A DNA stretch of 64,000 nt, from NCBI GenBank assembly GCA_951406725.2, contig OX597815.1, forward strand, positions 27,838,001-27,902,000, given 5' to 3'. The notes under the pieces were generated by a model. That model was not told where the DNA came from, did not search any database, and worked only from the letters and a program-made list of their open reading frames with translations. Positions 22,606 to 35,799 of this stretch are shown here, in pieces (within the stretch, counting starts at the first letter, position 1; each line of letters starts with the position of its first letter). The position numbers and the translations under genes are program-made. The DNA comes from Octopus vulgaris (lineage: Eukaryota).

Positions 22606-23120
22606 TTCTATATCCTGAGTCATTCCTTGTTCAGGTTTTAGATAACTATACATAGAGTAATACTGAATCAAGTATGGGTTCTAATTCAATGTGTTCATTG
22701 GAAGTAGGGCTCAAAATTGACACTGGTATCTCCAGCTGGAAGTGACCCCAAACAATCATAGATTGTTCAGATGGCTCACTGGAAGTAGTACTTATGTTCT
22801 GCTACCTAGAAAACATAGTTAGACCCAGAATAGTTTAAGAAAAAAGAAACTAGAAAGCAATTTGATGAAGAATAAATAGCTTGAATCAAGAGTTAAAATG
22901 CTAAAATGTCTGTATATGTTACACTTCTAGGCAACATCTGAACGTTTATTAATGGTATGCAAGGGTCCCTGAATGTTACCGATAATGATAACGTAATTCA
23001 TTAGCAGGTAAAACTAGGCAACAAAGAATATGGATTTCTGAGTGAGCTGATACTAATAAAATGGAGCAGATGAAGAAAATGATAAACAATCACAATGCTC
23101 TATCTATCTATCTATCTATC

Positions 23121-23166
<46 letters not shown>

Positions 23167-23235
23167 GGAGTAAGCACATAAATGTGAAACAAGGTGGAAA
23201 AAAGAGTACTCAAATACCAGAGGTAGAGTAATATG

Positions 23236-23320
23236 CTTTATTTAAAAGCAGCAGAAATATAACAAAAGCTGTTACTTAGAGTAACAGCTTTTGTTACATT
23301 TCTGCTGCTTTTAAATAAAG
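23236..23320. repeat. Hairpin, ~41-bp arms, 3-nt loop
   Basis: ctttatttaaaagcagcagaaatataacaaaagctgttact-tag-agtaacagcttttgttacatttctgctgcttttaaataaag. Confidence 0.9.
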
Positions 23321-23324
23321 TATG

Positions 23325-23359
<35 letters not shown>

Positions 23360-23577
23360 GGGGGGAAATGAACAACAAATGGAAGAACAAAGAAACTAGC
23401 ATTTCTAAAATGTCACATAGGTAAAATAAATTATAAAATGACAACATTAAATAAGAGTTTTTTTCCTTTTTTCATGTTAGTAGAAAGAAAAAAAAAACCC
23501 CATCAATATGAGTAATGGATATGAAAGAATAACTTTTAATAAAGAGTGTTATGAAAAGAGAAGAGATTTAGAAGAAA

Positions 23578-23976
23578 CTAGCAGTATCGCCTGGCGTTGC
23601 TCGGGTTTGTAAGGGAAATAACTATATAAGCATTTTTAGAAATGTAAAGTATAATAGCCATCTCAATATGGCTAACCACAAAGGGGGCGGGGGTTACTGT
23701 AGCTTTTTACATTCTGAGATTTAATAATAAATTTTTAGAGAGTTACTTCCCTTATATATGCCAAAAATGCATTAAAAATGGGGAAAATTGATGGTAAATT
23801 TTTTTTTTAAATCATAGACTCATCGTAGACGCGCGCTAATACCCAGAAGGGCTCGATATGAATCACGACTATAAGATACCTGGTTTTGGTTAAACTGCAC
23901 CACAAAATGTGGGAGTAGTTAGGAATCTAAATCGTAGGAGACAGACAGCACACAACCTCTCTTTTATATATAAAGA
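23578..23976 (-). mobile_element. Non-autonomous Helitron
   Basis: 5' TC(TTTATATA), 3' hairpin plus CTAG, A|T site; homologous to 48684-49071. Confidence 0.85.
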
Positions 23977-25324
23977 TGACAGAGCAACAGACTAAATGTC
24001 TAATGCTATTTTTGCTTAATAACTATTACGATAAACGGTTGACATTACTTTTTATACCAGCCATATTCTAAGGTTCAGTCAATTAACACTATACTGGGAA
24101 AATTGGCCTTCCCAAGATGCATAATTAATGAAGAGCAGTCATAGACTCTCACTGACTCAACATGATGCCTGCTTGTAATTATTTCAGAATGCTTAAGTCA
24201 TTTATGTTTTGTTAAAAGATGTCACAAACAGTGCTCTTGTAAGAAATCTTGTAAACATTAGTTTTAGTAAACAATAAACAAACAGAAATTAAAAAGAAAA
24301 AAGAAAACTAGGATGAAGAAAATTATTAAAAGTGACAAGTATGAATGATAAAAGAGAGAAAACTCTTCATAAATACCATATGTAGTATTTTCTTTAGTAA
24401 ATTATCCTTTAAAAATCACCACCAAAAGATGTTCAACATCTACAACCTGGTCACTGACACACTATTCAACTTCAGTGTAAACATATACAGTATATTATTT
24501 AATAATAAACTATGGTGGCAGAGTCGTTAGAGAGCATAATATTTGTAATATTTGTGCCAGTTCAAATCCTTCCAAGACAAACTTTACCTTCCCTCTTTTC
24601 AGGATCAATAAATTAAAGACCAGACCAGTCCAGAACAAGTAGATTGGAAGAATTTTTAGAGTATCAAACAAGATGTCTTGTGATATCAGTTCCAGATCTC
24701 TGTATCCCGAATTCAATTTCCACCAATGGCCAGTGCTTATCACCTGACCATGGGACCTCAACTAATTATGATATCCATAATGGGTGGAAGAGGATAGTAG
24801 TTGTCAGTTGCTGTAGTTACTAGTCAAACATTGATTCTGAAAGTGTATAGTATACAATAATATTTATTATAAAAATAAAAGTGTGTGACTATTATTATTA
24901 TGCAAGCATGGCTGTGTGGTTAAGTTCATTTTGCAACCACATGGTTCCAGGTTCAATCACCTTCTGTGGTTCCTTCAGTGTCTTTTTTAACCATTTTTAA
25001 CCATAAAAGTTGGTCAATATGTTGTGAGTGAAATTTGTTAACAATAAGTTATATATGCGGGTGGCATGTAAAAAGCACCATTTGGGCGTGGCTGTTGCCA
25101 GTACCACCAAAATGGCCCTCGTGCTGGTTGCATGTAAAAGCATCCACTACACTCTCAGAGTGGTTGGCGTTAGGAAGGGCATCCAACTGTAGAAACTCTG
25201 CCAGATCAGATTGGAGTCTGGTTCACCAGACCTCAGTCATATGTCCAACCCATGCTAGCATGGAAAACGGACGTTAAATGATGATGATGATTTCTTTTGT
25301 GGTTGTATATAAGTGAAAGAAATT

Positions 25325-25505
25325 AAAAAATTTTTAATTTAATTTAATTTTTATTGGCTCAAAAAGCAAAAGCAAGGCCATGTAGGGGAAAGGGAGTTAT
25401 GTACAGGGAGGATGGTCATACAAAGAGCTCAGGCCATTTCTGGTCAAGAGTGACTTTGAACCGACCGGTCGTCGGCATCTTCACTATCTCGTCCGGCAGC
25501 TTATA
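25325..25505 (-). mobile_element. CR1-type LINE 3' end
   Basis: - strand KLPDEIVKMPTTGRFKVTLDQKWPELFV*. Confidence 0.65.
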
Positions 25506-26802
25506 AACATTGGTAGGATAAGAAGGAAAGAAGCAGTGTTTTATGAAGTCCTGAGATATTTAATCTGCACTAGGTTAGATACTACCTCATCACACTTGCG
25601 TTCAGAATTGTAATGAACTGGTGATTGTCCTACTGGAAACCTGCAGTCTATATTGTTCACAGATTGTAACACAAGATATAAAATAAAATAGCTGAAGTAT
25701 GTTATAAGACAATTTGTTTAGGGAAGTAATGTAAGTGTTCAGTTTTTTTGGCATAACTACAATTCAGATAATTGTAGGAAAAAAACAAAATTATAAAACT
25801 CTAAAACATTATAATACATTTTGAACAAAATTAAATGAAATTTTCTCTTACCATTTGACAAATGATGTTCTATTCATTTCAGGATAAGAGATGAAAAAGA
25901 AATAATGATAGTGATGATAATAATGATAATAATAATCACAGCAATAATGAAATTAATATCAACAATAAATTTCTTAATTAAGCATGAAGACTAAAGCAAA
26001 TAGAGATAAATGTTTGGTTTAGACAAATACTACGAGGAGATGAGAGAATTTTTTATTACCATTTGCTAACACATTTTTATATTTATCATATGTTAAATAG
26101 ACAGGAAGCATGAATCTTTTTAGAGAATGTAATGTACATACTTTTATCAAAGGCATTAAGTGACAGGAGGGAAGAAAAAATGTGTTTAGCCAAGAATTGA
26201 AATCTGGCATATTGGTCAAAACAATGTATTTTGTTTTATATGTAGACTTGGTTTTAGACTTGTAGTGAAAGAAAAATAGTGAGGTGTGATGATTATGTTC
26301 CTTCCAAGAACAGGAGTTTTTTGAAATATTCATCATTGCCATAATATTTCACTTGTTGATTTAGTGGCCCACATGTAATTACGTGATATTAGTCATTAAC
26401 CATTCATTTTCCATTAGTTTTTCTGAACTAATCAGTGACCAGCATTCTAGTAGCCATATAAACACAAACTGCTTTATTCTCTTTTCCTTGGCAAACAATT
26501 GTACTACAGGAACCAGAAGAATCTCTTTTTGTATGGAAATGTTACTTTAACTAGTCTTAAACAACAAAACATTTAAACTAAACAAGAAATCAATTTGCCA
26601 TAACTCATTTTCCATCACTTCTCATGTTATTTTCTTTCCTGGTTAACTTTAGCAACATTATCGGCTCAGCACCCACTAAGTAGAGCACTCAAAAGAAACT
26701 TTAATTCAAGAACATATGTATAATTAATGCTATTTCCACAACATTATATATATATATATATATAGCAAGTGATCTGATCTGAGATCGTGTGCTGGAACGA
26801 AA

Positions 26803-27115
26803 ACAATTGCAGTGTGGAAGGTGTTTATAAGCCATTTAAGAAACACACAAAAACCGTTAGATTCACTTCAACATTTAAATTTAATTTACCAAAATATTTC
26901 CATCGCTTTGAGACAATATTCTTATTGTTTCAGTCATTGGACAGTAGCCTTGTTCACTGACAAAATTTCGTGCAGCATGGAATTTTGTCAGTGAACAGGT
27001 CGCGGTCTCAAAGCAATGAAAATATTTTGACAAATTAAATTTAAATGTTGAAGTGAATCTAATGGTTTTGTGTGTTTCTTAAATGGCTTATAAACACCTT
27101 CCACGCTGCAATTGT
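26803..27115. repeat. Long fold-back palindrome in (TA)n
   Basis: 26803-26914 pairs with 27006-27115; inner stem 26951-26998. Confidence 0.92.
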
Positions 27116-27126
27116 AATATATATAT

Positions 27127-27818
27127 ATAAAGCCAAATTAAAGGAATGGAGTAGGTAAAATCCAGGCTACGTATGTTTCCTAGCTAGCAGATCTTCAGAA
27201 TTAATAATTACTCAATGAAGGGTACTCCACTAACTAATCATCAGGCTAAAGATACCTTAGTTAAATTTAGGCTACATTGTTGCTATGGAATCCCAAGTTA
27301 ACTCGCTGGAGATTTAATTTAAATTTTAAATTATATCTTCAGTTAGTTAACTTGGGATTGTTGAGTAATTATTACTGCTGAGGATCTGCTATCCAGGAAA
27401 CATATGTAGCCTGAATTTTACCTACTCTTTTACTTGTTTCAGTCATTTGACTGCGGCCATGCTGGAGCACCGTCTTTAGTCAAGCAAATCGACACCAGGA
27501 CTTATTCTCTGTCAGCCTAGTACTTATTCTATTGGTCTCTTTTGCCGAACAGCTAAGTTACAGGGATGTAAACACACCAGCATCAGTTGTCAAGTGATGT
27601 TGGGGGGACAAACACAAACATATATATACATATGACGGGCTTCTTTCAGTTTCCGTCTACCAAATCCACTCACAAGGCTTTAGTCGGCCTGAGGCTATAG
27701 TAGAAGACACTTGCCCAAGGTGCTACGCAGCGGGACTGAGCCCGGAACCATGTGGTTGGTAAGCAAGCTACTTACCACACAGCCACTCCTACCTGTTCCA
27801 TTCCTTCAATTTGGATGT
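27127..27818. repeat. Nested inverted repeat; outer arm interrupted by a SINE
   Basis: 27132-27215 pairs with 27362-27428 plus 27797-27818; inner hairpin 27289-27359. Confidence 0.8.
27425..27793 (-). mobile_element. SINE family A, splitting one arm of an inverted repeat
   Basis: Full-length copy. Confidence 0.85.
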
Positions 27819-30800
27819 TTATTCACATTCATAGCATCACTAGTTGCTAACCATAAACTATAAAACCTTTTTCAGTTTATCAAACTTCGATATGGGAACA
27901 GCCTACAACCTTCTATACCAATAAACTATTATTGTTCCTGAAAGTTGTTTTTTTATACCAATCATGAAATGCTCAAGGCTTACTAACTTCCATCACATAG
28001 ATCCTTCGATCTTACAATTACATATTTTATATATATATATTGGATAGAGATAAAGTATCCAGGTGGGTACTGTGTAAGCACTCAGTTATCATCCAGGTTA
28101 TGGTTAACTGCATTGAGCTGTAAGGAGCAACTAAGATTACTTCAGGTAAGCAATCATAATGCATTTTATCTGATGGGTAAGTCCTGGGTTTGCTTCTCTG
28201 GAATATAAATATTTTACTGAGTGTATTTACAAGACAATCTCCATATTCATTGTAATTACCTTAGACAACATATTTATGTAAACCTTGCTTTTATCCATGT
28301 TGCAATGTATAATTCATACATTGCTGCTTATCTACTTTGAAATTATAGCACCACTAGGTCTGGACTTGTGGTAGTATATATAAAATAAGAGGACTAAAGC
28401 ACCATTTGGGCGTGGCTGTTGCCAGTACCACCAAACTGGCCCTCGTGCCGGTGGCACGTAAAAGCACCCACTACACTCTTGGAGTGGTTGGCGTTAGGAA
28501 GGGCATCCAGTTGTAGAAACTCTGCTAGATCAGATTGGAGTCTGGTTCGCCAGACCTCAGTCAAATCATCCAACCCATGCTAGCATGGAAAGCGGGCATT
28601 AAATGATGATGATGATATTGTTGTTATATTTTCTACACCGACATATTTTGATGGATCTGTTCCAGCATGGGAAAAGAAACTGAGTATGTGTGTATGCATA
28701 TATCTCTCAAACACAGTACCACAATAAAATGTACCCAGTAAACTCTGTAAAGTGGTCGGCATTATGAACGGTATCGACCCCTAAACACCATGCCAAAAAT
28801 GTAACAGAGTGAGATGTAATTTTCAACTTTCCTGGGAGAATAAGAACTGACTGAAGACTGTGGCAATGTGTTTAACTTATGCTAACATGAAAAAATGGAT
28901 GATTATGATGATGACATATATATAGTAAATCAATTTTATAAATTTTATTTTCGTTCTTCAGTGGAGGGGCAGAGCCCATGGTCACCTGGGATATCTTAGC
29001 GTGAGGATTGTGATAACTGAATGACATTAAAGTCCAAAGTAATTTTACCGATTGAGTTAGATCACTGATATCAGTAATTAGTAGTTCAATGGTTACTGTT
29101 CAATATTCTTCTTGTTTCAGTCATTGGACAGTAGCCTTGAAATGTTTAATTGAACAAATCAACCTTAGTACTTATTTTTAAAGTCTGGCACTTGTTCTAT
29201 TGATCTTTTTGCCAAACTGATAAGTTCTGGGGATGTAAACAAACCAACACCATTTATCAAGTGGTGAACGAGGGATAAACACAAACACACATATATGACA
29301 GGCTTCCACACAGGTTCTGTTTACCAAATTCACTCACAAAGCACTAGTTGGGCTGAAATTATAAAAGGAAAGACTTTCCTAAGGTGTCACACAGTGGGAC
29401 CAAATTCCAAACCATATGAGCCATCCATCTTCCATTCTCAAACCAATAGATAGCATTAAAAAATTTTGCTATCTTTGTTCCTATAAAATGAAATAGTGTA
29501 TTACAGCAGCTATTTAAGACAAATAAGTCTTTGGTAAAAACCATCATTATCATGATCACCATCTGAAGTCTGTTTTCCATGCTGGAATGGGCTGGACAGT
29601 TTGATAGGAACCAGCAAGCTAAAGGAGTGTAACAAGCTATACTGTCAGTTCTGGCATGGTCTCTATGGCTGGATGCCCTTCTAACACAAATCATTTACAG
29701 AGTGTACTAAGTGATTTTCATGCAGCACCAGCATTATGGCTGTAAAAATCAGACATTAAAAAAAAAAAAAATTTTTTTTCTTTGGGTGTTTTGGTTGGTA
29801 CAATCAGCAATCAACTTCAGGTGATATTGTTTAACTAGGCCGAAGATTGAAATTAGAATCTTTATTTTAACAACTGGGCTTCTGATGTTCTGAAATGTCA
29901 AAATTTGTTGCAAAGGACAAATGTTGACATTTTAAGGAACTTAAGCATTTTGTTGCCATATTCTTCAGGCATGCTGGATCTATGCTAATGCTTATATTTT
30001 GAGATGATTTCTATGGTGATGTCTAATGCACAGAATAGACATAATAAAAAAAAAATATTTAGACAATCTTCAGACAAAATTCTGAAGTATCTTAAAATGA
30101 CAACACTTGTATTTTGAGGCCAGACCCAGGATCATAAATAATACTTCCTGAATCGACCCTTGGTTTCGTTCAGAATTGACATTTGAAGACAATTGGAGAT
30201 TATTATGACTGAATCATTGTGTCAATAGCATATCCAAGTTTAGAGGGAAATCAATGTGAAAAACAGATGTGAACACACACACACACACACATTTATTATA
30301 GTTTTACAAGCAGAGCAGTGATAGTGACTTCAAAGTTTTGGCTTGCTAGCCTTCATTGGACTGTGGTGTATTTGAGTTCATTTAGGGATCTGGTAAGTTT
30401 GCCTTTTTTTTCTTCCTTTTTTTGCATAGGTGGGGCTATGTTGAATGGTAATTAGGTTGTAGGTTCTGATGGAAATATGCAGAAGATTTTTATTATTTAA
30501 AGTTAGAGTTGTGCTATTGTTCAGGGTTCAGTCATGTATGTAAAACTTTGTAATCAGGTGTGTCTATTTAGGTGTGTCACTTTCAGACAGTTGGGTTGCT
30601 CTAGTTCTCAAAAGAATGTAAGTGAAAAGGTTAATTTGTCAGTAGATGTGTAACTAGAGAGAAATTCGATTAGCTTGTTTTTGAAGGGTTCACAAAAGAG
30701 TGTAAGTGGATGGAAATGTTAGTTGGTTGGCATATTTTTAACTATGGTTTAATTCTTCTTGATATTATTTGATTACTATTTAGAACATTCAATCTTTGTA

Positions 30801-30934
30801 TTTTGGGGAGATAAGTTTGTAGACTATGTTGATATAAGTATTTCTTATATTCTAATGTTATATATAAAGACATTTACAAACAACATTGATGGCTTTGTGC
30901 AATTTAAATAATTACCTGAGACAGTGATAGGATA

Positions 30935-31389
30935 TGCTTGAGAAGGCCTGTTGAGTCAAGTAAAACCAAAATTGCAGCTGTGGACAGTGCCCCCTGACTG
31001 GCTCCTGTTCTGGTGGCACGTAAAAAGCACCATCTGAATGTGGTCAATGCCAGGTCCGCCTGACTGGATCCCGTGCTGGTGGCATGTAAAAAGCTCCATC
31101 TGAACGTGACTGATGCTAGTACCTGCTGACTGGCTCCTGTGCCGGTGGCATGTAAAAGGCATTACCTGAACATGATCTATGCCAGGACTGCCTGACTGGT
31201 TCCTGTGCTGGTGGCACATAAAAAGCACCCACTACACTCTTGGAGTGGTTGGCATTAGGAAGGGCATTCAGCTACAGAAACATTGCCAGATCAGATTGGA
31301 GCCTGGTGCAGCCACTGGCTCTCCAGACCTCAGTCAAACCATCCAACCTATGCCAGCATGGAAAATGGATGTTAAACGATGATGATGAC
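30935..31389 (+). mobile_element. Family C retroposon with four ~62-bp internal units
   Basis: Repeated ctgactggctcctgtgccggtggca units, then tail. Confidence 0.8.
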
Positions 31390-34334
31390 GGCATAACTTT
31401 AAATTTGGACAAAAAGGAAAATAGAGGGTGAAATGAACAATATCAGATATTTTTTTTATTTGTTTCTTTATACACTTTCAATGTTCATGAATGGCCCTTC
31501 TTTCAAAAAGTTTAGGGATTGAAATTGTATGTAAAAGAACCCCCAACAATTTGCTGTTTGTTTCCCTTCTTGTCCAATATAGATTCAGTAATTAAGTACT
31601 TTTGTCAATTTCCATACTATTAAATGGTTAATGAATATATATCCTATCACCCAAATACTTGGTAGTTATTCTCCAGATAGAACTGCTACTCCGCTGGTTA
31701 TGACGATGAGGATTTCAGTTGATCTGATCAATGGAACAGCATTAAACTCAATACTACAAACAAACAAAATCAATTGTGAAGCAAACGGTGCTGCTACTGC
31801 TTACAGCAAGTTGTTCTTATCCTTTGATGTTTATTTATAGCTAAGTGAACCGAGTTACTTGAAAAGCAGGACAGTACTAAGGAAAGGTATTTAGATTTAG
31901 GTGGACCCTGATGGAGGACTTAAGATCAAAGGCATTCCAGCCATGACTATTCTGTTGATTTAGGGTCATGTTGGACTGCATTATCCAATGTAGTTCTTTT
32001 CTTATTTAAGATAATAGGGTCTGATTTGAAGGAAATTTAGCTGATATTTTCAGCAAATGGAGTAACCATGTAGAGGTTCCTTCAGCAGCTGTCATTGATA
32101 ATATTGATGAAATCTGTGTCCAGTTTCAACACCTGTTATGTTGACAGGTAGGAATTTGCAGGTGAGAATTTCCAGCTCTGTTTGTGTGTGTCACATAAAA
32201 AGCATCCACCGAACTCAGTAAAGTGGTTGGCATTAGGAAGGGCATCCAGCTGTAGAAACCAAGCCAAATCAGACTGGAACCTGCCAGCATGGAAAACAGA
32301 TGTTAAACGATAATGATAATGATTATATACATATATGTATAGTGTGAGAGAGAGTTACGTTTTATAAGGATTCTGGTCAACATTAATAATTAGTCTGTAC
32401 AAGTCTATCATTTTATTAGTAAACTAAGTTAATCTTTGTGGCTTAAAATAATTGTTGGCTATGGAAACTGGAATAGAGAGAAGAGAGTAGAAGATGTATT
32501 AAGTAAGCCTGGAAAAAGGGTTGTAGCAAACAAATATATTTAGCAAGCTCAGAAGAGACAAAGAGTAGAAACAATGTGTATGTGCCTGTGAACTTGTTGG
32601 TAATTGAATCTTTAGCAATTACAATTAGATGGCCTTCATTTAGATGTAGAATATGATGTTCTGGTGTGGAACAGAAGCACTGCTCCACCTATGCAAGCAG
32701 TACTAATAATTCTAATTTTGGCACAAAGCCATCAATTACATTAATTACAGTACTCAACTGTTATTTATTTTATCGACCCTGAATAGATGAAAGGCAAAGT
32801 TGATCTCAGTGAAATTTGAACCAGGTGAGAATATAAAGAGGCAGAAGAAATGCCACTAAACATTTGTCTGGTGTGCTAACAGCTTTGCCATGTCACCACC
32901 TTAAGCAAGTACTCTAGTAATAAGGGTGTGTGTCTTATTTGAGTACTGTAGGTCAGCAACTAATTAAGATAGAAATATCTATGAAAAGGAAACCTATTAT
33001 TTGGGGTGCAGTTTTGGCAAAGTTACATCTATAAATATATTATAATAAAAAATTTTAAAAAATCTACACAAGATAAAATAAAATCAGGGACAAAAGACCG
33101 AAACTGTTTGACTAAGTTTGAACTGTACTGTAGCTTTCATTTTTGCTTGTTATGAAGGGGACATAACTTCATTTGCTTCACTTACTAGAAAGCAGGTGAC
33201 CTTCATTCATATGGCTGAATGAGGAAGTGATAGGAAGGACATTCATTTATAAAAGATATTTGCTCCAGATGTCTCGGAAAAAAAAAAAAATCTAAAAATA
33301 AATATTCTACAGCATATTCAAAGAGAGAAAAATACATTAGTAAAAATTAAATTATAATACATTAAACATATCAATTGTAATAAATTATCATTATTAATTA
33401 GTGATGACAGAATTGTTTGAGTTGTTTACAGCATTTACTCACATCCTAAGTTCAAAACCAGCCTTGGTCATTTGAGCAGAGAAATTGACTGGTTATCAAA
33501 GATATTAGGTACCAAAAAAGCAATTGCATGAATATTTTTTTTATTTCTTTATTGGTGTCAGCCATCTTACTACGGCTCTGCTTCCAGGGTTTTAGCTGAT
33601 CATATTAACCCCAGTATTTCATCATCATCACAATTTAATGTCTGTTTTCCATACTGGCAGGGGTCGGATGGTTTGACTGAAAACTGGTAAGCTACAACAG
33701 GTTTCAATCTGATTTGGCATGGTTTCTATGGCTGGATGCCCTTTCCGACACTAACCACTTTACAGAGTGTAGTGGGTACTTTTTATATTTCACTCATACA
33801 TACATATGGCAGGTTCTGGGGATATGACATATGGGTAGGTAAAATATGTTGTTATTTAGCCCTAGGAGACATGTTAGAGCACACATATGATGAAAGACAT
33901 TCCAACCATGATCATATCCCAGTTCCTATGTCAAAGATAGCATTATCTAATCGGTCCTTTTATAAGACATTGAAGTTGGTGTGAAAGGAAGATTTCTAGC
34001 AGGTTGAGTGATCAGGTAGAAACTTGCTTATTTGGAGAGAGTGTGAGGTCATTCAGTTGGGGATCACATATAAAATGCAGCAGAATTAGTGCATATGGAA
34101 AAATGTTATATTTATGCCTGTTCAGCTGACACATGTAAAGGAAAATAAACTTTTATGTAATGCTGAGAGCCTGAATTATGAATCAAGTAATAAAAATAGA
34201 TAAATCAAATTAAACTCCTCATCTTTTCATCAATCGGAATTTGAAAGTGTTCAGTTTAAATTAAAGTGATAAGCAGGGGAAACGCAAAATTTTAAAAAGA
34301 TTTCCTAGAAGGAACTATCAACATAATCTGAAGC

Positions 34335-34832
34335 AATAGGCACATCTTTACAAGTCATCAATTCATCCTTGTATGGAATATTGTTGTCATATTTGGGCAG
34401 GTGCACCATCTTGACACTTGGATCTCCTTGACTGGGTTCGATTCTGCAACCCTTGTCACATCAATATGACATCACCAGTCTTAGTTTTGTTCTATCATTA
34501 TTGCTACAGGAAGACCTCTGATGAACTTCCTCTCTTAGTTCCAGATCACTTTGTGCCATCTTGCCTGACCCAAAACTCACAGAGTCTTTATCAAAATGCA
34601 GTTGTGTTTCCACCAATAAAGAATTCTTTCTATTGTCATAGCTTTTCCCCCCCTCATACTGCCAGACTTTAGAACTCTCTTCCATCTCAATGTTTCCCTC
34701 CTTATGGCATGAACTACTTCAAGTCTAAAGTAAACTCATTTCTTTCATCTTAATTTCTCTTCATAGTCTCTTACACAAAGTGGCTTCTTTCTTGGTTGGG
34801 ACTCTCTTATGAGAAAAAAAAAAAAAAAAAAA
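34335..34832 (+). mobile_element. 5'-truncated, decayed CR1/Zenon-like LINE with polyA tail
   Basis: Translates LYKSSIHPCMEYCCHIWAG..HLDLLD..LQPLSH..SDEL..LVP..NSLP (ORF2 C-terminus, broken by frameshifts), then about 20 A. Confidence 0.78.
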
Positions 34833-35394
34833 ATCTCGCAGAGGTGTGTAACAAATAAATGCTTGTGGCAGATCAGGAAGTAACAACATAAGCAATGGCA
34901 GTCCTGTAGCTTAACCACAAGTACAAATAATAAAGAAAGGGAGATTTAAGAGAAATGAAAAATTGAGAAGGAAGAAAGTTTAAAAAAACCCAGAAATCTT
35001 CATAAATGAATTAGATGCTAAGTTTTCATATTTCAGTAATTAACAAAGTATCAGATGCTGATGTATTAAATTCATACTTGTAAAGGGTAAGCACATACCT
35101 CAACACGTAACCGACAAATTACATACGGACATGCACACACAGATTCTTATGTCAGACTCTTCCAGTTTAAGACAAATAAGTAACTTTTCTCTCTCTCCTA
35201 TAAACCTTAACAGACTTATTCTGATTTGTCCTTTTGTTTTCTTATTGGTGTAGGATATCATCAAAGTTTTTTGAGAAAAGAAAAGAGACACAACTATTTA
35301 GGATTTTAAAGACAGAAAAAAAAAAAGAAGCTAATGAAAATTTGTGTGTGTATGTGTGCTCATGCACATGTGTGTGTGTGTGTATGTATGTATA

Positions 35395-35426
<32 letters not shown>

Positions 35427-35571
35427 CTTGAAACAATTTTTCATTGAAATACTATTTGCAAAAAATGTTTAAACAAAGAGAAAGAATATGAACTTAGTTT
35501 AAGTACAAAAAAATTTTGAAGAGAATAGACAATCATAACGTGTATGTATGTGTATATATATAGAATTCAAT

Positions 35572-35692
35572 TTTATTCACAATAGGTTTCAAATAAACCA
35601 ATAAAATCTAGAGTTGGAATGGTTGGCCTAAATCTGCTGATAAAATGACAAACAAAAATGATGTAGCTGTTTTGCAGCAAATATTGTTTATT
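35572..35692 (-). promoter_or_regulatory. Candidate CLPB polyA signals (AATAAA at 35687-35692 and 35572-35577 on - strand)
   Basis: tttatt hexamers 110 and 225 nt past the stop. Confidence 0.45.
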
Positions 35693-35799
35693 ACATTTAT
35701 CAGTTTCAAAAAATATTCTGTTAATTATTTCTGTTCTTGATATGAATGCAAACAAAATATACAATTAATTCTAAGATGCTAGGAAAACATACAAGTGCT

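Noticed and set aside
22650-22800. Possible - strand exon of the RAP80-like gene
   Set aside because: No convincing donor and no recognisable motif.
30320-30900. Decayed Penelope-like or LINE RT fragment (also 860-1190 and 21460-21840)
   Set aside because: Composition is suggestive, but too degenerate to assign without a search.
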